Below, piece after piece: positions 25,949 to 36,830 of a DNA stretch of 51,101 bases. Each line of letters begins with the position of its first letter. The first letter of the stretch is position 1. The DNA lies in NCBI GenBank assembly GCA_021806745.1, contig JAJZQS010000002.1, positions 1-51,101 of the forward strand, read 5' to 3'. The notes below the pieces were generated by a model, which saw only the letters and a list, made by a program, of their open reading frames with translations, was not told the DNA's origin and did no database searches. The stretch is from a bacterium. GTDB taxonomy: Bacteria > Elusimicrobiota > Elusimicrobia > UBA1565 > UBA9628. Made by a program: the position numbers and the translations under genes.

Positions 25949-26913
25949 CGCGAGCGCCGCTTGTGCGCGGCATACAGGCCAAGCCCCAGCCCGGCCCAGC
26001 AGACCTCGCGCACGTGCCGGATCAGCCCAACGGTAAAACCCGTCGCGGCGGAAAGGCCCATCCCCGCGAAAATCGCCACCTTGCCTCCCTCCTGGGTGCC
26101 GAGCTTGGCCGGAACCCAGAACGCCAGCGCGTCCACGAGGTTGGAGAGGAATTCGATCGACAACGCCGTCTCCGCGCTCAGGCGCAGGCCAAGGAAGCGG
26201 CAAATGAGCCAGATTTCGGCCGCGCCCCAGGCGTAGCCCATCATGAAAAACGCGATCGAGCCCAGAAGCCGCAGCGGGTGGCGGCGCAAGTAGGACTTGA
26301 GCAAGGCGCGCACCGGCGCGCTCGACTCCACCGCCTGGGGGAAGCGCCGCGCAAACCACGCGGGGGGCTCCATCAAAAGAAGGCTGACGCCCAGCACGAT
26401 GCCGAAGAATATTCCGCCCACTCCGAACGCTCCCAGCGTCGCCTCGCGGCCGGGGAATTGGAAGAGATGAGCGTGCAGAAGGTAGCCGAGGCCGCTGAGA
26501 ATGAAAAAGACCTGCGCCACGGTCTGAGTGACCTTGGCCACCAGCACGCTCGTGGTCTTGACCTCCATAGACAGCGGGCCGGGGAGCATTCCCGGGCGCA
26601 CGAACTCGCCGGCCACGTTGGCGCTGGGCGTCAGGTAATTGACGCCGTCTCCGGCCACGCGCACACGCACCAAGTCCGCGAAGCGCGCGCCGCCGGACGA
26701 CTCCGGAGGAAACGCCAGGCGCCACCCGAAGGCGTTGAGCGTGTGGTCGCAGATTTGGAAGGGCAGGACCGCCGCGAAGCCCCAGCCGAAGCCCGAGATC
26801 TGATCCCAGACCTTGCGCGGATCGAACGACCAGAGCAGGTAGAGGAAGGTCGCCGCGCCTAGGACCAGCACGATCGGCGTGAATGCGTCGCGAACGCGGC
26901 GCAGGGCGTTCAA
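25930..26913 (-). CDS. hpnL: Flippase-like (LPG_synthase_TM family) membrane protein, HpnL type
   Basis: Polytopic membrane protein directly downstream of hpnI. Start proposed at TTG 26913, which overlaps the hpnI stop (TTGA) and gives MNALRRVRDAFTPIVLVLG. Alternative GTG at 26871. The tracked start 27141 would overlap hpnI by 230 nt. Confidence 0.6.
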   Translation of the reverse strand: MNALRRVRDAFTPIVLVLGAATFLYLLWSFDPRKVWDQISGFGWGFAAVLPFQICDHTLNAFGWRLAFPPESSGGARFADLVRVRVAGDGVNYLTPSANVAGEFVRPGMLPGPLSMEVKTTSVLVAKVTQTVAQVFFILSGLGYLLHAHLFQFPGREATLGAFGVGGIFFGIVLGVSLLLMEPPAWFARRFPQAVESSAPVRALLKSYLRRHPLRLLGSIAFFMMGYAWGAAEIWLICRFLGLRLSAETALSIEFLSNLVDALAFWVPAKLGTQEGGKVAIFAGMGLSAATGFTVGLIRHVREVCWAGLGLGLYAAHKRRSRQPAAA

Positions 26914-28127
26914 GGCTCTAAGGCCAACTCGGCGCGCGGCGCGCCCACGGGCACCAAGCGCCCCTGGCGGCGAACGTCGTAGAGCTGCCCGCGCCACTGC
27001 ACGCGCGAGGAAGTCCACGAGCCCGTCCACGCGGCAAATCCCGTCCACTCGCCGAGGGGAATCAGCCACGCCGAGACCGGGTCGAGCCGCCCGCCGCCGG
27101 CGCGGGCCAAGCGCGCGGCCGTCCACGCCTTGACCGCCCAAACCGCCGCGGCCAGCGCGAGCACGGTCGAGTCCGCACGAGCGCCAGCGATCCAGGTCAA
27201 CGCCGCGGAAATCGTCAAAAGCGAAAACCCCTGAAGCACAACGCTTCCCGCGTGGCCGGCGGGCTGGCAGAGCCGGATCGTGCGCGCCCAGCGCGTCATG
27301 TGGCGCAAGTGGCCCGCGGCGCCGTCGATGTCGGGAACCGTGGTGGCCAACGCGTCGGCGAACTCCAAGCGCCAGCCGGCCGCGCGCACGGACTCGCCCA
27401 GCCAGTAGTCGTCGGCCAAGTGATCGGCGAGGTTCTCGAACCCGCCCGAGGCCTCGAACGCGGCGCGGCGAACCATCATCGCCGCGCCCATCGCGAAGCT
27501 CATGCCGAAAGAGGCCGAGGCCAGCGCCTGGGGCAGAAAACCCGCGTTGACCGACAACGCCTCAAGCCGTCCCCAAACGCCGCGCGCGTGCGACGAATCG
27601 TAAAACGAAGTGACCAGTCCGACGGCCGCGTCCGAAAACGGTGCCGCCATGCGCCTGAGGAAGTCCGGCGCGACGCGCACGTCGGCATCGGATATGAGCA
27701 GGAGGTCGTATTTCGCGAACGCGGCGGCGTTGGCCAGGTTGTTGACCTTCGGGTTGAAGCCGATGCGGTTCTTGGAGACGACCACCTCGATGTCGGCCTC
27801 GGGAAAACGGCGGCGCAGGTTCTGGGCCGCCGCCAGCGCCGGATCGTCGGGCGACTGAAGACAGAGGATCAACTGCCAGCAGGGGTAATCCTGACGGCAG
27901 AAGGACGCCAGGTTGTCTTCGAGCGCCGCGTCCGCACCCTTGAGCGGCTTGAACACCGTCACCGGCGGCAGGGGCGCCGGCGCGGGCGCGCGCCGGGCCG
28001 CGCGAAGACGGCGGGAGCCCGCGATCGACGCGTAGGCGTAGAAGACCGCGGTGAACGCCCCGCACGCCAACGCGGCCGGGCGCAAAATCCCGGCGGCAAG
28101 CCCCACGACCGCGGCGAGTGGCGCCAT
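26910..28127 (-). CDS. hpnI: GT2 glycosyltransferase, hopanoid-associated HpnI type (ceramide-glucosyltransferase-like)
   Basis: 405 aa. Motifs VTVFKPLKG, FNPKVNNL and ISDADVRV. Flanked by hpnJ and hpnL. Confidence 0.75.
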   Translation of the reverse strand: MAPLAAVVGLAAGILRPAALACGAFTAVFYAYASIAGSRRLRAARRAPAPAPLPPVTVFKPLKGADAALEDNLASFCRQDYPCWQLILCLQSPDDPALAAAQNLRRRFPEADIEVVVSKNRIGFNPKVNNLANAAAFAKYDLLLISDADVRVAPDFLRRMAAPFSDAAVGLVTSFYDSSHARGVWGRLEALSVNAGFLPQALASASFGMSFAMGAAMMVRRAAFEASGGFENLADHLADDYWLGESVRAAGWRLEFADALATTVPDIDGAAGHLRHMTRWARTIRLCQPAGHAGSVVLQGFSLLTISAALTWIAGARADSTVLALAAAVWAVKAWTAARLARAGGGRLDPVSAWLIPLGEWTGFAAWTGSWTSSRVQWRGQLYDVRRQGRLVPVGAPRAELALEP

Positions 28128-28136
28128 GGGACCGGC

Positions 28137-29627
28137 CTAGACTGCGGCCGTGGGCCTGGACTCTTCGCGAGCCGCCGACTTGGACGCCTCGGCGACGCGG
28201 GACTCCGGAACCTGCTGGCGGCCGCGCAGATAGTTCAGGAACTCTCGGCCTTCGCGCAGACGGCGGCGGCGCTCGAGCGGGTCCTTGATCATTCCCGCGA
28301 GCATGCGCAGAATCGGCGTGGGCCGCGCGTAGAACTTCGAGTAGAAGCGCTTGACGCCCGCCTCGATCTCGGCCGCCTTCAGGTGCGGATACTGGATGGC
28401 CGCGCTCTGGGTGCCGTCGTTGCGCACCAGGATGCTGTCGTCATACCACTTGTTGGTCATCGCCTGGCGGTAGAGCTCGGTCCCCGGATAGGCCGCGGCC
28501 AGCGACACCTGGATGGTGTCCACGTTGAGTTCGCAGGCGTACTTGATGGACTCGGCGATGGTCTCCTTGGTCTCGCCGGGCAGGCCCAGGATGAAGGTAC
28601 CGTGGATGATGATGCCAAGCCGCCGGCAGTTCTTGGTGAACTCCTTGGCGATGTCGACGCGCACGCCCTTCTTGATGTTGTTGAGGATCTGCTGGTTGCC
28701 GGACTCGTAGCCGACCAGCAGAAGCCGCAGGCCGTTGTCCTTGAAGATCTTCAGGTACTCGTAAGGCACGTTCGCGCGGGAGTTGCACGACCAGGTGATG
28801 CCCAGCCGGCCCAAGCCCTTGGCGATCTCGGCGGCGCGCGTCAGGTCCGCGGTGAAGGTGTCGTCGTCGAAGAAGAACTCCTTGACCTGCGGAAACATCG
28901 CCTTCGCGCGCGCCATCTCCGCCACGACCGCCGCCGCGCTTTTCGTTCTATAGACGTGGCCGCCGACGGTCTGCGGCCACAGGCAAAACGAGCAGCGCGC
29001 CGGGCAGCCGCGCCCGGTGTAGAGGGACAGATACGGGTGCTTCAGGTAGCCGATGTAGTAGTTCTCGATCTTGAGGTCGCGTTTGTAAACGTCGAGCACC
29101 GACGGCAGCGCGTCCATGTCCGAGATCAGCGCGCGGTCGGGATTGTGCATGATCTCGGAGCCCTTGCGGTAGGAGATTCCGGCGATCTGGTCGTAGGGCC
29201 GGCCCTCGGCGACTTCCTTCAGCGTGTAGTCGAACTCCTCGCGGCCGACGAAGTCCAGCACCGGCGCGGCCTTCAGCGACTCCTCGGGCAGGACCGCCAC
29301 GTGCGCGCCGACAAATCCGATGCGCATGTCCGGATTCTGCTTTTTGAGCGCCTCGGCGACCTTCGCGTCGTTGTCGAAAGAGGGGGTGGAGGTGTGGATC
29401 ACGCACAGGTCGAAGCCCCGGGCGCGGCGCAAGACCTCCTCCAAGTCCAGGTCGTCGGCGGGCGCGTCGATGAGCTTGGAATTGGGAATCAGCGCGGCGG
29501 GCTGGGCCAGCCAGGTCGGAAACCAGAAAGACTTGATCTCGCGGCGCGCCTGGTAACGAGCGCCGGCACCCCCGTCGAAACCTTCATACGAGGGGGGGTT
29601 CAGGAACAGCGTGCGCATCGTCGCCAT
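28137..29627 (-). CDS. hpnJ: B12-binding-domain radical SAM protein, hopanoid-associated HpnJ type
   Basis: 496 aa starting MATMRTLFLNPPSYEG (residue 329 of tracked ORF 28137..30611). Cluster motif GRGCPARCSFC. GGAG SD 6 nt upstream. Confidence 0.8.
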   Translation of the reverse strand: MATMRTLFLNPPSYEGFDGGAGARYQARREIKSFWFPTWLAQPAALIPNSKLIDAPADDLDLEEVLRRARGFDLCVIHTSTPSFDNDAKVAEALKKQNPDMRIGFVGAHVAVLPEESLKAAPVLDFVGREEFDYTLKEVAEGRPYDQIAGISYRKGSEIMHNPDRALISDMDALPSVLDVYKRDLKIENYYIGYLKHPYLSLYTGRGCPARCSFCLWPQTVGGHVYRTKSAAAVVAEMARAKAMFPQVKEFFFDDDTFTADLTRAAEIAKGLGRLGITWSCNSRANVPYEYLKIFKDNGLRLLLVGYESGNQQILNNIKKGVRVDIAKEFTKNCRRLGIIIHGTFILGLPGETKETIAESIKYACELNVDTIQVSLAAAYPGTELYRQAMTNKWYDDSILVRNDGTQSAAIQYPHLKAAEIEAGVKRFYSKFYARPTPILRMLAGMIKDPLERRRRLREGREFLNYLRGRQQVPESRVAEASKSAAREESRPTAAV

Positions 29628-29662
29628 GGAGATCTCCGTGCGGAATGTGATTGCCGACGGAC

Positions 29663-29671
29663 ATTCTATCA
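29663..29671 (-). promoter_or_regulatory. Extended -10 TGATAGAAT for hpnJ-hpnI-hpnL
   Basis: The minus strand reads ttTGATAGAAT, then 35 nt including GGAG, then ATG 29627. Confidence 0.45.
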
Positions 29672-29701
29672 AAACGCCGCTTGGCGGACAATCGGGGCAT
29701 C

Positions 29702-29710
29702 TGTTAGACT
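29702..29710 (+). promoter_or_regulatory. Extended -10-like TGTTAGACT 7 nt upstream of the peptidase ATG (leaderless configuration)
   Basis: Sequence reads cTGTTAGACTtagtcgcATG. Confidence 0.45.
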
Positions 29711-29717
29711 TAGTCGC

Positions 29718-30734
29718 ATGCTCAAGATCGCGGCCGCGCTGCTCGCGGCGTGCGCCGCTTCCGCCAGAGGCGACGGCTGGCGCTGGCAGGAGACGACGAC
29801 GCCCCATTTCATCGTCCATCACCAGTCGGTCTGGCTGCCCAACGGGCTGACGATGGGGCTTGAGCGCATCAACTTCCGCCTGCACATGGATTTGGGCATC
29901 TTTTCGAATTGGTCGTCGTCCGGGCGAGTGAACGCCTATCTCTACAAGAACCAGCAGGCCTACGCGGGAGGGCGGTTTCATCCGCCGTCTTGGTCCAACG
30001 GAGTGGCGATCTATGATCAGAAGGCGATCGCGATCCCGATGATGCACTCGACGAGGCAGATGATGCGCGTGCTCGCCCATGAGAACACCCACTTGATCTT
30101 CGTCAACTACTTCCGGCAGTCCCACCGCGACCCCCCGGCCTGGGTCAACGAGGGCCTGGCGATGCTGGAGGAAGCCGATTCTCCCGACCGCCCGCAGACT
30201 TCGGTCTGGTATCAGAACATGGTCGAGATGGATCCGCGGCGCTGGTTTCCGCTGGACAAATTTTTCGCGATCTCGCCGACCACCGACCTCAACAACAACC
30301 CCGAACTCGTGACCGTCTTCTATGTCCAGGCCTACTCGCTGACGCACTTCCTGATGCGCACGCACGCGAAGATGCAGTTCAAGGCTTTCTGCGACCACCT
30401 GCGCGCCGGTGACTCCGTGCCCGACTCCCTGCGCCTGGCCTACCACTACGAGACGGTCGGCGACCTCGAAATCGCCTGGCGGCGGTGGCTCGCCGAACCC
30501 ATCCACCGCAGACGCGTCGAGGAACTGCCGCTGGCCGATCGCGATCAAGACACCGCCGTCGACCAGGCCGGCGTGGCCGGCGACGGCAGCGCGGGCTTCA
30601 ATGAGCGTCACGACGGCTTCGGCTCGGGATTTACGGTCTGGAAGTTCAAGCCGATGTCGAGCTTCGCTCAGCCGCTCGCCGAGCCGGGGTTTCCGTCGCC
30701 CGCCAACTCGGGCTCCCCGCAGTCCGCCCCCTGA
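29718..30734 (+). CDS. Secreted zinc metallopeptidase, peptidase-MA-like (HEXXH)
   Basis: Last 338 aa of tracked ORF 27252..30734. Signal MLKIAAALLAACAASARG. HENTH motif plus downstream NEGLAMLEE. Low-complexity C-terminal tail. Confidence 0.7.
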   Translation: MLKIAAALLAACAASARGDGWRWQETTTPHFIVHHQSVWLPNGLTMGLERINFRLHMDLGIFSNWSSSGRVNAYLYKNQQAYAGGRFHPPSWSNGVAIYDQKAIAIPMMHSTRQMMRVLAHENTHLIFVNYFRQSHRDPPAWVNEGLAMLEEADSPDRPQTSVWYQNMVEMDPRRWFPLDKFFAISPTTDLNNNPELVTVFYVQAYSLTHFLMRTHAKMQFKAFCDHLRAGDSVPDSLRLAYHYETVGDLEIAWRRWLAEPIHRRRVEELPLADRDQDTAVDQAGVAGDGSAGFNERHDGFGSGFTVWKFKPMSSFAQPLAEPGFPSPANSGSPQSAP

Positions 30735-30740
30735 CGGCGA

Positions 30741-33575
<2,835 letters not shown>

Positions 33576-33583
33576 GCCCAGCT

Positions 33584-33592
33584 ATTTTAGCA
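33584..33592 (-). promoter_or_regulatory. Extended -10 TGCTAAAAT 8 nt upstream of the uvrA ATG
   Basis: The minus strand reads TGCTAAAATagctgggcATG. Confidence 0.45.
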
Positions 33593-33677
33593 ATTGCGCG
33601 CCTCGCGCCGGCCCGGGGCGCGCGGGCATGGAACAAAATCGCCTCTTGAATCGTATGCATGCCGAGGCCGCCGAAAC

Positions 33678-34799
33678 ATGAACATCCTGGACGAATGCCG
33701 GGCTCTCGGAGATGAGGAACTCGAGCGCTCCTTGAAGTTCCTGATCGACCGGGAGCGGCATGGATCGGCCAAGCTCCTGGCGCATCTGGCCGAATACGAC
33801 CGCCGCCAATTGTGCGCGCGCGGCGGACACGCCAGCCTCTATCGATATTGCATCGAAGTCCTGCGCTGCGACGAGGGGGAAGCCTTTCGGCGCGTCCGCG
33901 CCGCGCGCGTGATCAGACGCTGGCCCGAAGTCCTGGAGTTGATCGAAAGCGGAGATGTCCGTCTCACGGCTCTGGTCGTGCTTCATCCCGTGCTGACGGA
34001 CGCCAACCGCAAGGAACTTTTCTCCTCGGCGTCCGGCAAAACCCGCCGAGAGCTCGAAGTCCTCGTCGCTCGCCGCTTTCCCGACTTGCCCCGCCCCGAT
34101 TTCATGCTCCCGATGAACGGGCGCGCGGACGCCGCCTATTGCGCCCCGCCCGACGCCCGCGAGGTCTTGCCCGCGGGCGCCGCACCGCCCGCGCTGAGGC
34201 CGCGCCCCTCGGAGTGGCAGGCGATCGCGCCGGTGGGCATGGACCGGGTGCGCATCGGGTTTGACGCCGACGCCTCGGTGACGACTCTGATCCTGCGCGC
34301 GCGCCAGGTCCTGCGCCACAAATATCCCGAGGGCCGCCTGGAAGACGTCCTGCGCGAGGCGTTGGAGGTGCTGCTGGAACGCCGTGATCCCCAAAAGCGC
34401 CTGGAGCTGCGCTGCGCCAAGGCGGGCGGCGCCGCGCCGCCGCCCAAGCCTCGGATGCCGCGCCTGGGCCGCTACATCCCCGCCCGCGTCAAGCGCGCGG
34501 TCTGGGAGCGGGACGAAGGCCGTTGCGCGTGGCGCCACCCCGACGGCACGCCGTGCGGATCGCGGGATTGGCTCGAATTCGACCACGTCAAGCCCTTCGC
34601 CCGCGGCGGGCGCTCCGATTCGCCGCGCAACATCCGGTTGCTCTGCCGCCTGCACAACCGCATGGCGGCCGAGGCCGTGGGTCTCAGCGTGCGCGGCGCC
34701 GCAGGACGGTCGTGCGGCGCAAGCTCGGGACCGGCCGCGGGCAGTCCAGCGTGTAGTGCAGGCCCCGGGATTCCCGGCGCGCCAGCGCCGAGCGGATGA
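33678..34799 (+). CDS. HNH endonuclease with a DUF222-like N-terminal region
   Basis: C-terminal [58 protein letters not shown] carries the HNH motif. Start taken at MNILDE (residue 29 of the tracked ORF). The 3' end overlaps the nadB 3' end by 116 nt. Confidence 0.7.
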   Translation: MNILDECRALGDEELERSLKFLIDRERHGSAKLLAHLAEYDRRQLCARGGHASLYRYCIEVLRCDEGEAFRRVRAARVIRRWPEVLELIESGDVRLTALVVLHPVLTDANRKELFSSASGKTRRELEVLVARRFPDLPRPDFMLPMNGRADAAYCAPPDAREVLPAGAAPPALRPRPSEWQAIAPVGMDRVRIGFDADASVTTLILRARQVLRHKYPEGRLEDVLREALEVLLERRDPQKRLELRCAKAGGAAPPPKPRMPRLGRYIPARVKRAVWERDEGRCAWRHPDGTPCGSRDWLEFDHVKPFARGGRSDSPRNIRLLCRLHNRMAAEAVGLSVRGAAGRSCGASSGPAAGSPACSAGPGIPGAPAPSG

Positions 34800-36267
34800 C
34801 GAGTTCGGCCACGTCGGCGATGTTGCGCAGTTCCAGGATGTCGGGCGTGGGCACGGTGTTCCAGTAGTACTCGTCGATCTCCCGCCTCAGCAGGCGCAGA
34901 CGCGCGCGCGCGCGCGTCAGGCGCTTGTCGGTGCGCACGATGCCGACATAGTTCCACATCAGGCGGCGGATCTCGTCCCAATTCTGCGTGACCACCACGG
35001 CTTCATCCGAGGTCACCGCGCGCCCGTAGCGCCACGGCTGGACGCGGAAAGGCGCGGCCGCGGCAAGCGCCCCGGCCTCGCCCAGGCGCCGCGCCAGGCG
35101 GTCGGCGAACACGCAGCCCTCCAGCAGGGAATTCGAGGCCAGGCGGTTGGCGCCGTGCAGGCCCGTGCGCGCGGTCTCGCCGATCGCGTAGAGCCTCGGC
35201 ACGGAGGTCGCTCCCCACTCGTCGACCGCCACGCCGCCGCAGAAGAAATGCGCGGCCGGCACCACCGGCACCGGCCGCTCGGCCATGTCCAGCCCGAAGC
35301 TCAGGGTCTTTTCGTAGATGTTGGGAAAGCGCGACTTCAAAAAGCGCCGAGGTCGGCGCGTCATGTCCAAATAGACGCAGTCGTCGCCGGTGCGCTTCAT
35401 CTCCGCGTCGATGGCGCGCGCGACGATGTCGCGCGGCGCCAGCTCCGCGCGCCGGTCGTAGCGCGGCATGAAGCGCTCTCCGTTCTTGAGGCGCAGAAGG
35501 CCGCCCTCGCCGCGCAACGCCTCCGACAGCAGGAAGCTCTTGGCCTGCGGGTGGAACAAGCATGTGGGGTGGAACTGCACGAACTCCATGTCCGCCATCG
35601 CCGCGCCCGCCCGCCAGGCCATCGCCATCCCGTCGCCGGTGGCGATGTCCGGATTGGAGGTGTAGAGATAGACCTTGCCCGCGCCGCCCGTGGCCAAGAC
35701 CACGGCCTCGGCCGTGAACGCGGCGATGCGGCCGTCGCGCCGGTCCATCGCGTAGGCGCCGCGGCAGGCGCCGTCGCGGTCGAGCAGGAGGTCCACGCCG
35801 ATGTGGTTTTCGATCAAGCGCACGCGCGGCTCGCGGCGCGCCGCCGCCACCAGCGCGCGCTCGATCTCGCGGCCGGTGATGTCTCCGGCGTGCAGGATGC
35901 GCCGGTGCGAATGCCCGCCCTCCAGGCCCAAGTCCGTCGCGCCGCCGCGGCTGGAGAAGCGCACGCCGAGCTCGGCGAGCTCGCGCACGCGCGCCGGCGC
36001 CTCGGACACGGTCAGCCGAACGACGCGCTCGTCGCACAGGCCGGCTCCGGCGACCAGGGTGTCGCGCACGTGGGACTCGAAGCTGTCGAGCGCGTCCATG
36101 ACCGCGGCGATGCCGCCCTGGGCGTAGTTCGTGTTGGACTCGGCCGCCTCCTTCTTGGTGACCAGAGTCACCCGGCCCAGACGCGCGAGCTTGAGCGCCG
36201 CCAGCAAGCCCGCGATTCCGGAACCGAGCACCAGAAAATCGGAACTGCGGGGGTCTCGCGCTGGCAT
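34684..36267 (-). CDS. nadB: L-aspartate oxidase
   Basis: 527 aa. FAD fold DFLVLGSGIAGL. Typical fumarate-reductase/aspartate-oxidase core (RFMPRYD..ELAPRDIVARAI). Confidence 0.9.
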   Translation of the reverse strand: MPARDPRSSDFLVLGSGIAGLLAALKLARLGRVTLVTKKEAAESNTNYAQGGIAAVMDALDSFESHVRDTLVAGAGLCDERVVRLTVSEAPARVRELAELGVRFSSRGGATDLGLEGGHSHRRILHAGDITGREIERALVAAARREPRVRLIENHIGVDLLLDRDGACRGAYAMDRRDGRIAAFTAEAVVLATGGAGKVYLYTSNPDIATGDGMAMAWRAGAAMADMEFVQFHPTCLFHPQAKSFLLSEALRGEGGLLRLKNGERFMPRYDRRAELAPRDIVARAIDAEMKRTGDDCVYLDMTRRPRRFLKSRFPNIYEKTLSFGLDMAERPVPVVPAAHFFCGGVAVDEWGATSVPRLYAIGETARTGLHGANRLASNSLLEGCVFADRLARRLGEAGALAAAAPFRVQPWRYGRAVTSDEAVVVTQNWDEIRRLMWNYVGIVRTDKRLTRARARLRLLRREIDEYYWNTVPTPDILELRNIADVAELVIRSALARRESRGLHYTLDCPRPVPSLRRTTVLRRRAR

Positions 36268-36288
36268 GTTGAACGGGAGGATGAGGAG

Positions 36289-36303
36289 TGCTAGATTCTA
36301 ACA
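36289..36303. promoter_or_regulatory. Overlapping divergent extended -10 boxes (nadB and the gamma-CA-like operon)
   Basis: Plus strand: TGCTAGATT (36289..36297), then 5 nt, then ATG 36303. Minus strand: TGTTAGAAT (36303..36295), then 27 nt, then the nadB ATG at 36267. The two hexamers share 3 bp. Confidence 0.45.
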
Positions 36304-36830
36304 TGCTTCGAACCTTCGGCTCCCACCGCCCGACGCTTCACCCGTCTTCTTTCGTCCATGATGGCGCCGAACTCATCGGCAAAGTCTTCGTCGAACGCGA
36401 GGCCTCGGTCTGGCCCGGCTGCGTGCTGCGCGGCGACATCGACCGCATCGTGGTGGGCGCGCGCGCCAACGTCCAGGACCTGACCGTCATCCACACCCGC
36501 GACGGCCGTCCGACGATCATCGGCCGCGGCGTCACCGTCGGCCACCGCGCGATCCTGCACGGCTGCCGCGTCGGCGCGCAGACTCTCGTGGGCATGGGCG
36601 CGATCATCATGGAAGCCGACATCGGCGCGCGCTGCCTCATCGGCGCGGGTGCGCTGATTCCCGCCGGAGTCAAGATTCCGCCGGGGGTCCTCGTGCTCGG
36701 CGCGCCGGGCAAGGTCGTGCGAAAACTGCGCGCCGACGAACTGCGCATGCTCGCCGAAAGCGAGCGCGACTACGTCGCGCGCGCCAAGGCCCATGCGAAG
36801 AGTTCCCGGCCGGTCTTCCTCGGACGATGA
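36303..36830 (+). CDS. Gamma-class carbonic anhydrase / hexapeptide-repeat family protein (YrdA/PaaY-like)
   Basis: Sequence VWPGCVLRGDIDRIVVGARANVQDLTVIH and a left-handed beta-helix repeat pattern. ATG 36303 is preferred over the tracked GTG 36288. Confidence 0.8.
   Translation: MLRTFGSHRPTLHPSSFVHDGAELIGKVFVEREASVWPGCVLRGDIDRIVVGARANVQDLTVIHTRDGRPTIIGRGVTVGHRAILHGCRVGAQTLVGMGAIIMEADIGARCLIGAGALIPAGVKIPPGVLVLGAPGKVVRKLRADELRMLAESERDYVARAKAHAKSSRPVFLGR

Noticed and set aside
25085-26862. ORFs 25085..26725(-) and 25339..26862(+)
   Set aside because: They span two convergent real genes (hpnK, hpnL) in wrong frames, and their composition is Arg/Pro/Gly-dominated.
27252-29717. First ~822 codons of tracked ORF 27252..30734(+)
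   Set aside because: This part is antisense to hpnI and hpnJ. The real gene is the last 338 codons, starting at ATG 29718 with a signal peptide and HEXXH.
34384-36304. ORFs 34384..36294(+) and 35003..36304(-) overlapping nadB
   Set aside because: They are shadow frames of nadB and have no motifs.
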